Origin: a virus | Lineage: Duplodnaviria > Caudoviricetes | DNA: 64,000 nt | Direction: 5' to 3' (one strand) | Virus record (IMG/VR): IMGVR_UViG_3300024046_000005 | Span: 3,842 to 67,841 of that record | Part shown: positions 53,094 to 63,585 of the stretch, piece by piece | Numbering within the stretch: position 1 is the first letter of the stretch | Layout of the letters: every line of letters starts with the position of its first letter | Program-made: the position numbers and the translations under genes | The notes under the pieces: model-generated | Seen by the model: only the letters and a program-made list of their open reading frames with translations | Told to the model about the DNA's origin: nothing | Databases searched by the model: none

Positions 53094-53417
53094 ATGATCC
53101 GCATCCCCCTACCCGAAGGGCACAACGACACCACCGAGGTATTCAGGCGCCAAAGCCATGCACTGTGCAACGCCCAAGAGGCACAGGCACTCCACCCCTG
53201 GCACGCGCCGCTGGCACTGCGCTTGTTCTACGTGCTCCTGCAATGGGGCTGGCTGGCCGTCCCCATCACCCTGGCCGTGCTGGTGCTGACCGGCTGCCAG
53301 CTCAACGACGACGCGATTTCAAGGGCAGTCTTTGCCGACGCCCAGGCCGCGCCGGGGGAAGTCGCCCAGGCCCAGAGGATCGAGCGCATCACCGCCATGG
53401 TGGAGGCCAGCCAATGA
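53094..53417 (+). CDS. Small membrane protein
   Basis: RBS AAGGAG; hydrophobic LFYVLLQWGWLAVPITLAVLVLTG. Confidence 0.6.
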   Translation: MIRIPLPEGHNDTTEVFRRQSHALCNAQEAQALHPWHAPLALRLFYVLLQWGWLAVPITLAVLVLTGCQLNDDAISRAVFADAQAAPGEVAQAQRIERITAMVEASQ

Positions 53418-53524
53418 CCGCAGCGCGACTCAAGGACGCCTGGCAGCTCTACCTGATCTACCGGCAGTGCCACAGCCCGCTCAAGGCCGCGCGCTACGCC
53501 TGGATCGTCTCCGGTGGGTAAGCC

Positions 53525-53725
53525 ATGGCCTGCCCCACTGGAAAGGTGCAGCACACCTATGCCAGCGCTGTGAGAGCAGCGCAGCGCGCCAGGCGCAACC
53601 GCGACCAGACATTGACCGAATACCGCTGCGCCCTATGCGGCGCGTGGCACGTCGGCACACCCAACGGGCTGAAAAAACCCGTCAAGACCATCAACCCGAA
53701 TCACCAAATGGGAGATTTCACATGA
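53525..53725 (+). CDS. Small zinc-binding phage protein
   Basis: CPTGKVQHTY...YRCALCGAWHV. Confidence 0.65.
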   Translation: MACPTGKVQHTYASAVRAAQRARRNRDQTLTEYRCALCGAWHVGTPNGLKKPVKTINPNHQMGDFT

Positions 53726-54336
53726 GTGTCTACAAAGCCATCAACGCCGTGCAGGCCGACCTCGCAAAAGTCGGCATCGCCAAGGATCGCCGGGCGCCGC
53801 AATTCGTATTCCGTGGCATTGACGACGTGTTCAACGTCCTGTCCCCCCTGCTCGCAAAGCATGGCCTGTGCATCCTGCCGCGCGTCATCGAGCACCAGCA
53901 GACCGAGCGTCAAACCGCCAAAGGCACGGTGCTGTTCTACACCGTCATCAAGGTGGAGTTCGATTTCGTCGCTGCAGAGGACGGGTCGAAGCACACCATC
54001 ACCACCGTGGGCGAGGCCATGGATTCCGGCGACAAGAGCAGCAACAAGGCCATGTCCGCCGCCTACAAATACGCCGCGCTGCAAGCCTTCGCCATTCCGA
54101 CCGAGGCTGACAACGACCCGGACGCGTACACACACGAAGTCGCTGCAGCCCTGCCCGCCATCGTCATCGACGGAATGCGCGGCGCCGCCATGCAAGGCAC
54201 AGCAGCACTGCAAAAAGCCTTCAAGAACAACAGCAAAACGCCAGGGTTCGCCGAATGGTGGGGCATCCACAGCGCCGACCTGAAAGCCGCAGCCGCCCAA
54301 GCCGACCAGCCGGAGGCACAACATGCAGCAGCGTGA
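53722..54336 (+). CDS. erf: ERF-family ssDNA annealing protein
   Basis: FRGIDDVFNVLSPLLAKHGL...GEAMDSGDKSSNKAMSAAYKYA...DPDA. Confidence 0.9.
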   Translation: MSVYKAINAVQADLAKVGIAKDRRAPQFVFRGIDDVFNVLSPLLAKHGLCILPRVIEHQQTERQTAKGTVLFYTVIKVEFDFVAAEDGSKHTITTVGEAMDSGDKSSNKAMSAAYKYAALQAFAIPTEADNDPDAYTHEVAAALPAIVIDGMRGAAMQGTAALQKAFKNNSKTPGFAEWWGIHSADLKAAAAQADQPEAQHAAA

Positions 54337-54940
54337 AGAAGCGTGGTACCGGGCCAGACTTGGACGCCTCACAGCCTCGCGCATGGCCGACGTGCTGGCC
54401 AAAACCAAAACTGGCTACAGCACCAGCCGCGAGAACTACGCCATGGAACTAGCCTTGGAGCGCATCACCGGCCAGCGACAAGAAGGCTTCACGTCCGCCG
54501 CGATGCAGTGGGGCACCGACACCGAACCGGCGGCGCGCTCTGCATACGAAATGCACGCCGGCGTGCTGGTGCAAGAAGTGGGCTTTGTCCCGCACCCCGA
54601 TATCGCCATGAGCGGCGCATCGCCCGATGGGATGATCGCATCGGACGGCCTGCTGGAGATCAAGTGCCCCGACAGCAAGCAGCACTTGAGCTACCTGCGC
54701 GGCAAGACCCCGCCCAAGAAATACCAGCCGCAAATGCTCTGGCAACTGGCCTGCACCCGCAGGCAGTGGTGCGACTTCGCCAGCTACGACCCCAGGATGC
54801 CCGAAGGCCTGCAGCTCTTTGTCGTGCGGTTCACCCCGTCTGTAGACGAACTGGCGACGGTTGAAGCCGAGGCACGCGCGTTCCTAGAGGAAGTCGCGGC
54901 CATCGTGCAGGAAATCGAGACACTGAAGAAAGCCGCCTGA
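54323..54940 (+). CDS. YqaJ/lambda-exonuclease-family nuclease
   Basis: WYRARLGRLTASR...MQWGTDTEPAAR...GASPDG...LEIKCP...QMLWQL. Confidence 0.92.
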   Translation: MQQREEAWYRARLGRLTASRMADVLAKTKTGYSTSRENYAMELALERITGQRQEGFTSAAMQWGTDTEPAARSAYEMHAGVLVQEVGFVPHPDIAMSGASPDGMIASDGLLEIKCPDSKQHLSYLRGKTPPKKYQPQMLWQLACTRRQWCDFASYDPRMPEGLQLFVVRFTPSVDELATVEAEARAFLEEVAAIVQEIETLKKAA

Positions 54941-55344
54941 TGCCCGTCCCGCCCACCACCCGCGACGCCATCATCCAGGCACTGCGCGACTGCGGACCCA
55001 TGACCGCTGTAGAGATCGCGCAGCACCTGGGGGTACCCCGCCACCGCGTCGAATCGGCCATCGTCACTGCAAGGAAGAACTGGCCGGGCCGGTATCTGCG
55101 TGTCATCCGCTACCGGCAACAAACTGGGGTCAGCGGGCGCGAGGCAGCCGTCTACAGCGCAAGCCGTGGCCCTGATGCCCCGCGACCGAGCTTCGACCGT
55201 GCGGCATCCCGCCACGCCTACTACCTGCGCAACCGCGCAATCCTGGCCGTAGAGCGCCAGCGCCGCAAAGGGGTGCAGGCCACGTGGCTGACCGGCCTGA
55301 TGGCGCTAGAGCAGCGCAATCACTCAACCCAACAGGCCGCGTAG
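54940..55344 (+). CDS. HTH-containing hypothetical protein
   Basis: IIQALRDCGPMTAVEIAQHLGV. Confidence 0.65.
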   Translation: MPVPPTTRDAIIQALRDCGPMTAVEIAQHLGVPRHRVESAIVTARKNWPGRYLRVIRYRQQTGVSGREAAVYSASRGPDAPRPSFDRAASRHAYYLRNRAILAVERQRRKGVQATWLTGLMALEQRNHSTQQAA

Positions 55345-55356
55345 AGCGGCTTTTTC

Positions 55357-56277
55357 ATGGGACAAACTATGTTCAAGAATCTGATCTTCTACCGTATCGC
55401 ACCTCAATGGCAGGCGGACATCAGCGCCGCCACCGAGGGCCTGGAGAAGACTCCCTTCACGGAATGCAGCGCCACGCAGGAGAAATCTGCGGGCTGGGTT
55501 CCGCCGCGCGGCGAAGAGCACGGCGCCCTTGTGGAATCGGTGGGCGGCCAGTGGATGCTGCGCTTCAAGATCGAGTCCAAGACCATCCCCAGTGAAGTGC
55601 TGGCGCGCAAGGTCAAGGAAAAGGCCGAAGCCATCGAGCGGGATACGGGCCGCAAGCCGGGCAAGAAGGAAACCCGCGACCTGAAGGACGAAGCCAAGCT
55701 GGATCTGCTGCCGATGGCGTTCACCAAGCAAAACGCCACGTGGGTATGGATCGACCCACGCGCAAACCTGCTGGCCATCGACGCCACCGCCCAAGGCCGG
55801 GCCGACGAGATCACCGCCGCGCTGGTCGAAGCGTTGCCCGGCCTGTCGCTGGCACTGCTGGACACGCAGACCAGCCCGCAGGCGGCCATGGCCCACTGGC
55901 TGGTGACGCAGGAACCACCGGCGGGCTTCTCCATCGACCGCGAGTGCGAGCTGAAAAGCACCGGCGAGGACAAAGCCGTGGTGCGCTATGGCCGTCACCC
56001 GCTGGACATTGAGGAAGTGCAAGCCCACATCCAGGCCGGCAAGCTGCCCACCAAGCTGGCCATGAGCTGGGAAGACCGCGTGTCGTTCCTGCTGACCGAA
56101 GGCCTGCAGGTGAAGAAGCTCGCATTCCTGGACACGGTGTTCGAAGGCCGGGCGCAGGACGACAGCGGTTTCGACGCCGACGTGGCCATCGCCACAGGCG
56201 AGCTGGTGCGCATGATTCCGGCCCTTATCGAGGCACTGGGCGGCGAAGGTCGTCAAGGCATGGGAGAAGGCACATGA
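55357..56277 (+). CDS. rdgC: Recombination-associated protein RdgC
   Basis: MFKNLIFYR...GWVPPRG...KLPTKLAMSWEDRVSFLLTE. Confidence 0.93.
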   Translation: MGQTMFKNLIFYRIAPQWQADISAATEGLEKTPFTECSATQEKSAGWVPPRGEEHGALVESVGGQWMLRFKIESKTIPSEVLARKVKEKAEAIERDTGRKPGKKETRDLKDEAKLDLLPMAFTKQNATWVWIDPRANLLAIDATAQGRADEITAALVEALPGLSLALLDTQTSPQAAMAHWLVTQEPPAGFSIDRECELKSTGEDKAVVRYGRHPLDIEEVQAHIQAGKLPTKLAMSWEDRVSFLLTEGLQVKKLAFLDTVFEGRAQDDSGFDADVAIATGELVRMIPALIEALGGEGRQGMGEGT

Positions 56278-56720
56278 CTACCTCCCCTGCAAGCATCGCC
56301 GCAGCTCTGCACGGCCTGGAGTACCCGCTGAGCATCCCCAAGGAACTCGCCGCCGAAGCGAAGGCTGCAGGCATCGTCATCGTGTACGGCGCCAGCGATG
56401 ACCTGATGGAGTTCGATGGCGCATTCCGCGACGAGATTGGCGCCTACGACGGCACCGAGGCACTGATTGATGCCAATGGCGTACTTCCATCCTGGGAGAG
56501 CGCTAGCGAGGACGAAGAAGCGGCACGCGACTATTTCGAGCGCAAGCCCAAGGTTCGCACCATCGAAGCGGTATGGAGTCCCGATGAACCCGATGGCGCA
56601 AGCTGGGCCTACAAGACCGACATTCCCCACGTCACGTTCGACGTGATGGAGGACGGCGAAATCTACTGCCGCGGCATTGTGTTCGCGCTGACCGACATCG
56701 ACGCCCATGCCGTCACCTGA
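56274..56720 (+). CDS. Conserved phage protein
   Basis: VIVYGASDDLMEFDGA...IPHVTFDVMEDGEIYCRGIVF. Confidence 0.7.
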   Translation: MTTSPASIAAALHGLEYPLSIPKELAAEAKAAGIVIVYGASDDLMEFDGAFRDEIGAYDGTEALIDANGVLPSWESASEDEEAARDYFERKPKVRTIEAVWSPDEPDGASWAYKTDIPHVTFDVMEDGEIYCRGIVFALTDIDAHAVT

Positions 56721-56764
56721 ACCAAAGCCCCCACGGGCCTTTCTTTTGCCCCACAGGACACCCC

Positions 56765-57187
56765 ATGCACCTCGAAATCTGCAAGCTGCACCCCAATGCA
56801 GCCACCCCCACCTACGGCACAGCCGGCGCAGCGTGCTTTGACCTCTACGCCGCAGAAACCACCACCATCCCACCGCGCGGCAGAGCAGCCGTCACCACTG
56901 GTTTGGCTGTAGCCCTGGAACCCGGATACGGCATCGAAATCCACGGGCGCAGCGGCCTGGCATTCCGCCACGGAATCATCGCGTTTGGCGGCCAGGTGGA
57001 CAGCGACTTTCGCGGCCCCGTTCAAGTGCTGCTGATCAACACCAGCGATCAGGAATACACCATCGAGCAGGGCGACCGCGTGGCACAGGGCCGGGTCGTC
57101 TACTCGCCCAGGGTGACCTTCATCGAGTGCGAGCAACTGACCCTGACCGAGCGCGGCCAGGCCGGATACGGGAGCACAGGCCATTGA
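56765..57187 (+). CDS. dut: dUTP diphosphatase
   Basis: AACFDL, GRSGLA, GQVDSDFRG, GDRVAQ, RGQAGYGSTG. Confidence 0.93.
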   Translation: MHLEICKLHPNAATPTYGTAGAACFDLYAAETTTIPPRGRAAVTTGLAVALEPGYGIEIHGRSGLAFRHGIIAFGGQVDSDFRGPVQVLLINTSDQEYTIEQGDRVAQGRVVYSPRVTFIECEQLTLTERGQAGYGSTGH

Positions 57188-57630
57188 CAGCCACACGCAA
57201 ACAGCGCCGCTGGAGCCGCGATCCGACTGCCGCCTTGAGATTGCTGCACGGCGCGCGGACATTCGACCCGGCAAGCAACACCGACGCGCACCTGCGCACC
57301 CGCGCCAGCCTGGAGCGGCTACTGGACGGCACGGGCGACACGGACGATTTCAACCGCGTCGCCATCGCGCTCAATCTCGCGAAAGTGCGCGCGCTCGAAA
57401 TCGACCCCACCCTGGCCGATGCGATCGAGGCATCGCAAGACGCCATGACCGCGCTGCGCAGGCGGTTTGAGCGCTGGGGCAAGTGGGATGCAACACCAGC
57501 AGAGCGCGAGTGCATCACGTATGCCATCGACGCCAACGAAGTGATTGTGGACGCCAGCACGCCCTTGCAGATGGAGCGCGCCGCGCGCGTGGTGCTGGAC
57601 GTGCACGCCAAACAACGGGAGAAATCATGA
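57184..57630 (+). CDS. Hypothetical phage protein
   Basis: ~148 aa; start uncertain (TTG overlapping the dut stop). Confidence 0.6.
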   Translation: MTATRKQRRWSRDPTAALRLLHGARTFDPASNTDAHLRTRASLERLLDGTGDTDDFNRVAIALNLAKVRALEIDPTLADAIEASQDAMTALRRRFERWGKWDATPAERECITYAIDANEVIVDASTPLQMERAARVVLDVHAKQREKS

Positions 57631-57868
57631 CGGAACCGAAGGAACCCACGGCCAAGCAATGGAAGCGCCGCGCGCTGCAGGAGGCGCGGGAAGCCATTGT
57701 GTGGGCGTTGGAGCAGCAGGGGTGATCGTCCATCCTCATGCTTGGGGCGATGGTAGCCCCCATCTCGGTACATCCCACGGAAACTGCCCAACGTACCGAA
57801 ACCCCTAGCCCCACGCGCACTTACCAACCGAGCCCCGCCATTGAGTGGGGCTTTTCTTTGGGACGGAA

Positions 57869-59605
57869 ATGCTCACACCCCAATTCATTTTGGCGTTGTC
57901 CGCCAAGCTGGTCATCGACCTGTTCGCCGGCGGCGGCGGCGCATCCACCGGCATTGAGCAGGCCATCGGCCGCCATGTGGACGTGGCGATCAACCATGAC
58001 GCCGACGCCATCGGCATGCACAAGGTCAACCATCCGCAGACCCGGCACTACCGGGCGGACGTTTGGGAAGTTGACCCGCTGGTCGTCACGCACGGCACCC
58101 CCGTGGGCCTGCTGCACGCCTCGCCTGACTGCACCCACCACAGCCAGGCCTTGGGCGGCCAGCCGCGCAGCCAGGAAATCCGATCCCTCGCCTGGGTAGT
58201 GCACCGCTGGGCCGGCAAAGCCCGGCCGGATGTCATCACCCTGGAGAACGTCGAGCAAATGCTGCTGTGGGCTCCGCTGGTCGCCAAGCGCGATCCAGCC
58301 ACCGGCCGCGTCATCACGCTGGACAAGGTGACCGACCCGGCCACGGGCAAGACTGCATACCGCGTGGCCGATCCCGGCGAAGTCGTTCCCAGGCACAACC
58401 AATTTCTAGTGCCCTGCAAGAAGCGCGTGGGCCACAACTGGCGCAGGTTCGTGGAAGGGCTGCGCGCCATGGGCTACAAGGTCGAATGGCGCGTCATCTG
58501 CAATGCCACGCTGGGCGCGCACAGCACACGCACGCGCCTGTACATGGTGGCGCGCTGCGATGGCCTGCCCATCGTATGGCCAGAGCAGACGCACGCCCGC
58601 AAACCCACCAGCAAGCTCAAGGCCTTCCGGCCGGCGGCCGAATGCATTGACTGGAGCATCAAGGGCACCAGCATCTTCAACCGCAAGAAGCCGCTGGCCG
58701 AGGCCACGATGCACCGCATCGCCTACGGAATGCGCAAGTTCGTGCTGGAGAGCGATGACCCGTACATCGTAGAGAACGTGGCGCACGCTTTCACGCCTGT
58801 GACGCACACCCGGGACATCGCCTACGACGTGGCCGACTCGATGCGCACCATCACCACTGCCAAGGGCGGGGAAACGGCACTCATGTCCGCCTATCTGGTG
58901 CAGATGGGGTATGGGGAGCGAGACGGCCAAGCGCCGCGTGTCCTTGATCCTGGCCTGCCGCTAGGCACGGTCACGGCGGGTGGCAACAAGTTCGGCATCG
59001 GCACCGCGTTCATGGTGCAGGCCAACGGCGGCTTCAACACAACGCCCGCCCGCGATCTGCGCGATGGCATGTCCACCGTGACCACCAGCGGCAGCCAGCA
59101 GCAGCTTGTGACAGCGCATCTGACGACGCTGCGCCACCACAGCACGGGCCGCGATCTGCGCGAACCCATTGCGACCGTGGCAGCCGGCGGCGAGCACCAC
59201 GCCCTGGTGCAGTACGAACTCAGCCAGGACGACGAAGCAGGCGCGCTGCGCTGCGCTGCGTTCTTGATGCGCTATCACGCCAACGGCGGCCAGTGGGCCG
59301 ACCTGCGCGACCCGATGACCACCGTCACCACGCACGACCGCCTGGCGCTGGTGACGGTGTGGCTCAAGGGCGAACCGTGGGTGATCGTGGACATCACGCT
59401 GCGCATGTTGGTGCCGCGCGAACTCTACAACGCCCAGGACTTCCCGCCCGGCTACGTGATCGACCGCACCGCCAGCGGGAAGCCGCTGACGAAGACCGCC
59501 CAGGTGCGCATGGCGGGCAACAGCGTTAGCCCGTTGCCCATGCGGCTGATCGTAGCTGCGAACTACTCCGAGGCTGCCAACGGCAAAGCCCGCAAGGTGG
59601 CATAG
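57869..59605 (+). CDS. DNA cytosine-5 methyltransferase
   Basis: DLFAGGGG (I), ASPDC (IV), LENV (VI), RTRLY (VIII), RMLVPREL, MAGNSV (X). Confidence 0.92.
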   Translation: MLTPQFILALSAKLVIDLFAGGGGASTGIEQAIGRHVDVAINHDADAIGMHKVNHPQTRHYRADVWEVDPLVVTHGTPVGLLHASPDCTHHSQALGGQPRSQEIRSLAWVVHRWAGKARPDVITLENVEQMLLWAPLVAKRDPATGRVITLDKVTDPATGKTAYRVADPGEVVPRHNQFLVPCKKRVGHNWRRFVEGLRAMGYKVEWRVICNATLGAHSTRTRLYMVARCDGLPIVWPEQTHARKPTSKLKAFRPAAECIDWSIKGTSIFNRKKPLAEATMHRIAYGMRKFVLESDDPYIVENVAHAFTPVTHTRDIAYDVADSMRTITTAKGGETALMSAYLVQMGYGERDGQAPRVLDPGLPLGTVTAGGNKFGIGTAFMVQANGGFNTTPARDLRDGMSTVTTSGSQQQLVTAHLTTLRHHSTGRDLREPIATVAAGGEHHALVQYELSQDDEAGALRCAAFLMRYHANGGQWADLRDPMTTVTTHDRLALVTVWLKGEPWVIVDITLRMLVPRELYNAQDFPPGYVIDRTASGKPLTKTAQVRMAGNSVSPLPMRLIVAANYSEAANGKARKVA

Positions 59606-59771
59606 CGCCACGCCCACCCCGACCGACTGGCACGCCGACAGGAAAAAACATGACTGAACAACCCCAGCCCCCCACCCAACCACCCATCAAGCGCTGCGGC
59701 AGCTGCGGCGCTCCTGTCCACAAAGAGCCGGCGCCGGGTGAAGGCCTGCCGTGCGGCCACTAAGGAACACC

Positions 59772-60395
59772 ATGACCGCAATCCACGACGCGATCCGCCT
59801 ACTGAAAGACGCAGCGCAAGAGCTGATCGAGGGCATCAGCATCAAAGGCGTGCCCGACTTCGCTGGAGAACCCGACACGGCCAAGGCCTACGACGAAACC
59901 ATGGACGTAGTGCGCAGGCTGGAACATATCGCCGCGTGCGCCCCCAACGGCATCGGGCGCGACGATACCGTGCACGGGGTGACCTACTACACGGCGGCGC
60001 AGATCGAGCAGGCCGCAGCGAAGCAGGCAGAAGCGATAGCTGTTCTGATCGCCCACGCAGAAGGCCGAATTGCCCACAACTACAACGACGACCACTGCCC
60101 TGGTGGCCTCAGCAGCGCTGATTCGCGCGCTCCAGACTGCCCTGTGTGCAAAGCGCTGATGGCGTGCACCGCCCTCGCCTCCCCTGGAGCGGTAGCGGCA
60201 GAGCCGACAGGATGGCAGCCGATAGAGACGGCGCCGAAAGACGGAGAAATCATCCTATTGGCGTCCATCACAGATGCCTATGTGATGGTGCGCGAAGGGC
60301 GCTGGGACGCGAAGACGGGCAGATGGTCATGGCCGTGGATCAGCGACATCTCGCCCACGCTTTGGATGCCCATTCCCCTAGTACCCAAGGAGTGA
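59772..60395 (+). CDS. Hypothetical phage protein
   Basis: C-terminal WQPIETAPKDG...PTLWMPIP motif. Confidence 0.65.
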   Translation: MTAIHDAIRLLKDAAQELIEGISIKGVPDFAGEPDTAKAYDETMDVVRRLEHIAACAPNGIGRDDTVHGVTYYTAAQIEQAAAKQAEAIAVLIAHAEGRIAHNYNDDHCPGGLSSADSRAPDCPVCKALMACTALASPGAVAAEPTGWQPIETAPKDGEIILLASITDAYVMVREGRWDAKTGRWSWPWISDISPTLWMPIPLVPKE

Positions 60396-60398
60396 ACC

Positions 60399-60782
60399 AT
60401 GACCGATGACCAACTGGACGAGATAGCTCGCGCGGCTTTTGAACGCCACAACGGCCGACCGCATCCATGGGAAGGTGCGCTTCCATGGGTTATCTCCGCA
60501 ATGCGCGATGCGGCAACACCTGCGCGACTTGCATCCGACTATCGGAGCATGAAGGTCGATTCCTCCGGGCTGTTTCTCCAAGCATGCAATGCCTTGAAAC
60601 ACGGTGGTAGGGAGCCTGGCCTTGCAGAGCTGCTGCGCCAACTGCAAGAACACCTTACCGAGCTTGGGCGGCGCTGGTATGCCGGAGATGCAACTGTGGT
60701 CGATGAATTTCTCCAGCTTTACTGCATTGACTCCCCAGGCCGGGAAGCTCTCAAGCTGAAGGAGTCTGCCAATGCCTCATGA
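60399..60782 (+). CDS. Hypothetical phage protein
   Basis: RBS AAGGAG; 127 aa. Confidence 0.65.
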   Translation: MTDDQLDEIARAAFERHNGRPHPWEGALPWVISAMRDAATPARLASDYRSMKVDSSGLFLQACNALKHGGREPGLAELLRQLQEHLTELGRRWYAGDATVVDEFLQLYCIDSPGREALKLKESANAS

Positions 60783-60913
60783 CGCCGTAGAGCTACTGCG
60801 CGCACTGGTTGATGCCCTGGACAACGCATTCATCAGTTCCTGGCAATCCACTGCCGCTTGGCAAGCACAGCTTGATGCTGCGCGGGCCTGGCTGAACGAC
60901 AAGGAGCCCTCCA

Positions 60914-61933
60914 ATGATCAATGAACCCAAGACCATCGCAGGCCCCACTGGAATCTGGGCCTGCAAGATCGGCGAAACCAAAGCCGCTTTGCCCGCCGGA
61001 GCTGACGCGCCGATGCGTGCCGCAGTGGAACACGCCTACCGCGAGCTGACCGGCGAAGAAGCCGCGTTCACTTTCAGCGGTTGGAGTGCTGAGTTGACCG
61101 AGGGCGAGCGTGCTGTGGTGGAGAACCGGCTGCCACAAAGCCCGAACACCACCCCGGCAGAGCGGGACTATCCGCCGCTGCCAGGAAAAGAAATCCCGTC
61201 CTATAGCCAGGATGCACTCATGATGGTGCGAGCTTCTGAACTGCGCGCCTACTACGACCTGGGCCGCGAGGCTTGGGCGCGGGACTATGAGGCCGGCTAC
61301 TCGTCCAAGCAACTGGCTGTGATGGTGCTTTCCGACTGCGGCCACAGCAGCGACTACACACCTTTGCTCAACAGGGTGGCGGGCCGGATTGACCGACATG
61401 TCGAGTGGCTGCTGACAGCAGCACCCCAGCCACCAGTGCAAGCGCAGGAGCCCCTGAACCTCAAATGCAAGTCCACGCAAAAGCGACTTGCAACGCTGTG
61501 GGGCTTTGTCCCTGCGCAAGCGCAGGAGCAGGAGCCATTTGGCTACTTCCGCGCCGGGCCGGACGGCTGGACGGATTGCGCAGAAACCGACGAGGGTGCC
61601 ATCGCACTGTACGAGCTTCCGCAAGCAGCACGCGACGTGCTGGCCGAGCGTCAGCGCCAGATCAGCGCCGAGGGCTGGACGCCGGAGCACGACGACGCAC
61701 ACAACGACGGAAGCCTTGCACGGGCCGCCGCCGCATACGCTGCGCAGTCTCTCGCGGCCGAAGACGCAGAATTGGAGTGCGGCCCGACTCCGTGGTGGCC
61801 GTGGGGGCGGAGTTGGTGGAAGCCCGCTTCGCGCCGCCGCATGTTGGAAAAGGCCGGCGCTCTGGTTCTGGCCGAAATCGAGCGTCTGGATCGAGCCGCC
61901 GCCCGCGCCCAGGCCAAGGAAGGAGGCGAGTGA
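60914..61933 (+). CDS. Composite hypothetical phage protein
   Basis: C-terminal ERQRQISAEGWTPEHDD...RRMLEKAGALVLAEIERLDR motif common in phage proteins. Confidence 0.65.
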   Translation: MINEPKTIAGPTGIWACKIGETKAALPAGADAPMRAAVEHAYRELTGEEAAFTFSGWSAELTEGERAVVENRLPQSPNTTPAERDYPPLPGKEIPSYSQDALMMVRASELRAYYDLGREAWARDYEAGYSSKQLAVMVLSDCGHSSDYTPLLNRVAGRIDRHVEWLLTAAPQPPVQAQEPLNLKCKSTQKRLATLWGFVPAQAQEQEPFGYFRAGPDGWTDCAETDEGAIALYELPQAARDVLAERQRQISAEGWTPEHDDAHNDGSLARAAAAYAAQSLAAEDAELECGPTPWWPWGRSWWKPASRRRMLEKAGALVLAEIERLDRAAARAQAKEGGE

Positions 61934-62367
61934 TGCCCATCAGGCCAGAGAACAAGGCGCGCTACCCGAGCAACTGGAAGCAGATCAGGGCGCGCATCCT
62001 GGCGCGCGCTGGCAACTGCTGCGAGTGGTGCCACGTCCCGAACAAGGCCCGCATCACACGTGGCACCGGCAGCGATGGGGAAACCTACATGGACGCTGGC
62101 GCGAACGTGTGGTGCGCCAACACAGGCGAGCACCTCGGCCAGACGCACATGTCGAACTACGAATGCAACGGCAAGTGGATCAACGTGGTGCTGACCATTG
62201 CCCACCTTGACCACCAGCCGGAGAACTGCTCCGACGCCAACCTGCGCGCGCTGTGCCAGCGCTGCCACCTGAAGCATGACCGCGAGCACCACGCCGCCAC
62301 GGCCAGAGCGACGCGACATGCACGCAAGGCCGTGGGCGATCTATTCACGGAAGGAGCCCCAAAGTGA
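61933..62367 (+). CDS. HNH-like nuclease
   Basis: YPSNWKQIR...CEWC...LTIAHLDHQPENC...LRALCQRCHLKHD. Confidence 0.8.
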   Translation: MPIRPENKARYPSNWKQIRARILARAGNCCEWCHVPNKARITRGTGSDGETYMDAGANVWCANTGEHLGQTHMSNYECNGKWINVVLTIAHLDHQPENCSDANLRALCQRCHLKHDREHHAATARATRHARKAVGDLFTEGAPK

Positions 62368-62768
62368 CTGACACCACAAGCGCAGCGCCGAGCGAGCGCG
62401 AGCAGTTTGAAGCGCACATGCGATCACTGAACCCTTGCGTGAGGTTAGCCCGCCAGCGTGAAGTCCTGGGAGGGTACTACCGCACGACGACCGTGCAGCG
62501 GGCGTGGGAACTGTGGCAAGCCGCCCGCCGCGCCCAGCCCACGCCACCGGCTGTAGTCAATGTTGCATGGAAGCTGGGCGATGCGCTGCAAGACGAACAG
62601 AAGAAAACCGCCAAGCTGCAAGCCGAGATCATCAGACTGCGCGGCCTGCTGCGAGATTACCTGAGGGCGACAACAGCGCACCACCAGAGCCCGAACGACA
62701 TTCCCATCCAAGCACGGTACGTGCGGGCTCGGGATGCGGCGCTTGAAGCCCTGGGGGATGCACCATGA
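62364..62768 (+). CDS. Hypothetical phage protein
   Basis: 134-aa coupled ORF. Confidence 0.55.
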   Translation: MTDTTSAAPSEREQFEAHMRSLNPCVRLARQREVLGGYYRTTTVQRAWELWQAARRAQPTPPAVVNVAWKLGDALQDEQKKTAKLQAEIIRLRGLLRDYLRATTAHHQSPNDIPIQARYVRARDAALEALGDAP

Positions 62769-63103
62769 CCCAAGATGAAATCCTCACCATGGCGCTGGAA
62801 GTATCCGGTGCAGAAATCAATGGCTATCGATACGGGCCGAATGGCCGCGAACCGCTGTACGGCGTGCCTATCGAGACAGAAGACGGTTTCGAGTACGAGC
62901 CGTTCAAACCACCATCATGGCTTTCGGCGTTCGCTGCCCTGGTAGCAGAACGCGAGCGCGAGGCTTGCACGAAGGTGTGCGAAGACATCGAGGACGAGTA
63001 CCAGCGCACCGAGGGCATGAGGTGCCCCGAACTGAAGTCTGATGCACAGACGGGTGCTTCTGACTGTGCTGCCGCCATCCGAGCAAGGAGCAGCCATGGC
63101 TGA
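62765..63103 (+). CDS. Hypothetical phage protein
   Basis: 112-aa coupled ORF; EREACTKVCE...CAAAIRAR motif. Confidence 0.6.
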   Translation: MTQDEILTMALEVSGAEINGYRYGPNGREPLYGVPIETEDGFEYEPFKPPSWLSAFAALVAEREREACTKVCEDIEDEYQRTEGMRCPELKSDAQTGASDCAAAIRARSSHG

Positions 63104-63455
63104 AGAATCAAACATCCGCCAGTTCCCAGGCGCGGAGGTTCCCGAGCAAACGCTGTCCGTTACACGCAGGCCCTTCGGGTTCTGCGCTCACGAGAAGATC
63201 ACTCTCGATGAGCACAGCCGCACCGTACGCTGTGCGGCCTGCGAGAAGGTGTTTGATCCGTTCAACTTCCTGCAGAACGAGGTGCACCGGCTGCAGGAAG
63301 CTTGGGAGCAGCACCGGCAGGTGAGAGCCAACCTGGGCGATCTCATTGACCGAGTAGAAGCCTTGAAGAAGGAAGAAGCACGTTTGAAGGGGCGGATCAA
63401 AACAGCGAAGGCCAAGGTAGAGCCGGCCATCAACGTGCGGAACCGCGAACTATGA
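63096..63455 (+). CDS. Zinc-binding coiled-coil phage protein
   Basis: RBS AAGGAG; CAHEKI...CAAC...DPF. Confidence 0.6.
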   Translation: MAEESNIRQFPGAEVPEQTLSVTRRPFGFCAHEKITLDEHSRTVRCAACEKVFDPFNFLQNEVHRLQEAWEQHRQVRANLGDLIDRVEALKKEEARLKGRIKTAKAKVEPAINVRNREL

Positions 63456-63585
63456 GCACAGCATCCCGACGTAGCCGCACCCGTAGAGACCGGTGCGAAC
63501 CCTACCCAGAGCCCTCAGACGAGGGCTTTTTCACGTCTACCCTGCCCTGCCACCGCGCAGGGCTGCTTACTTCTGGAGCCCCAAC

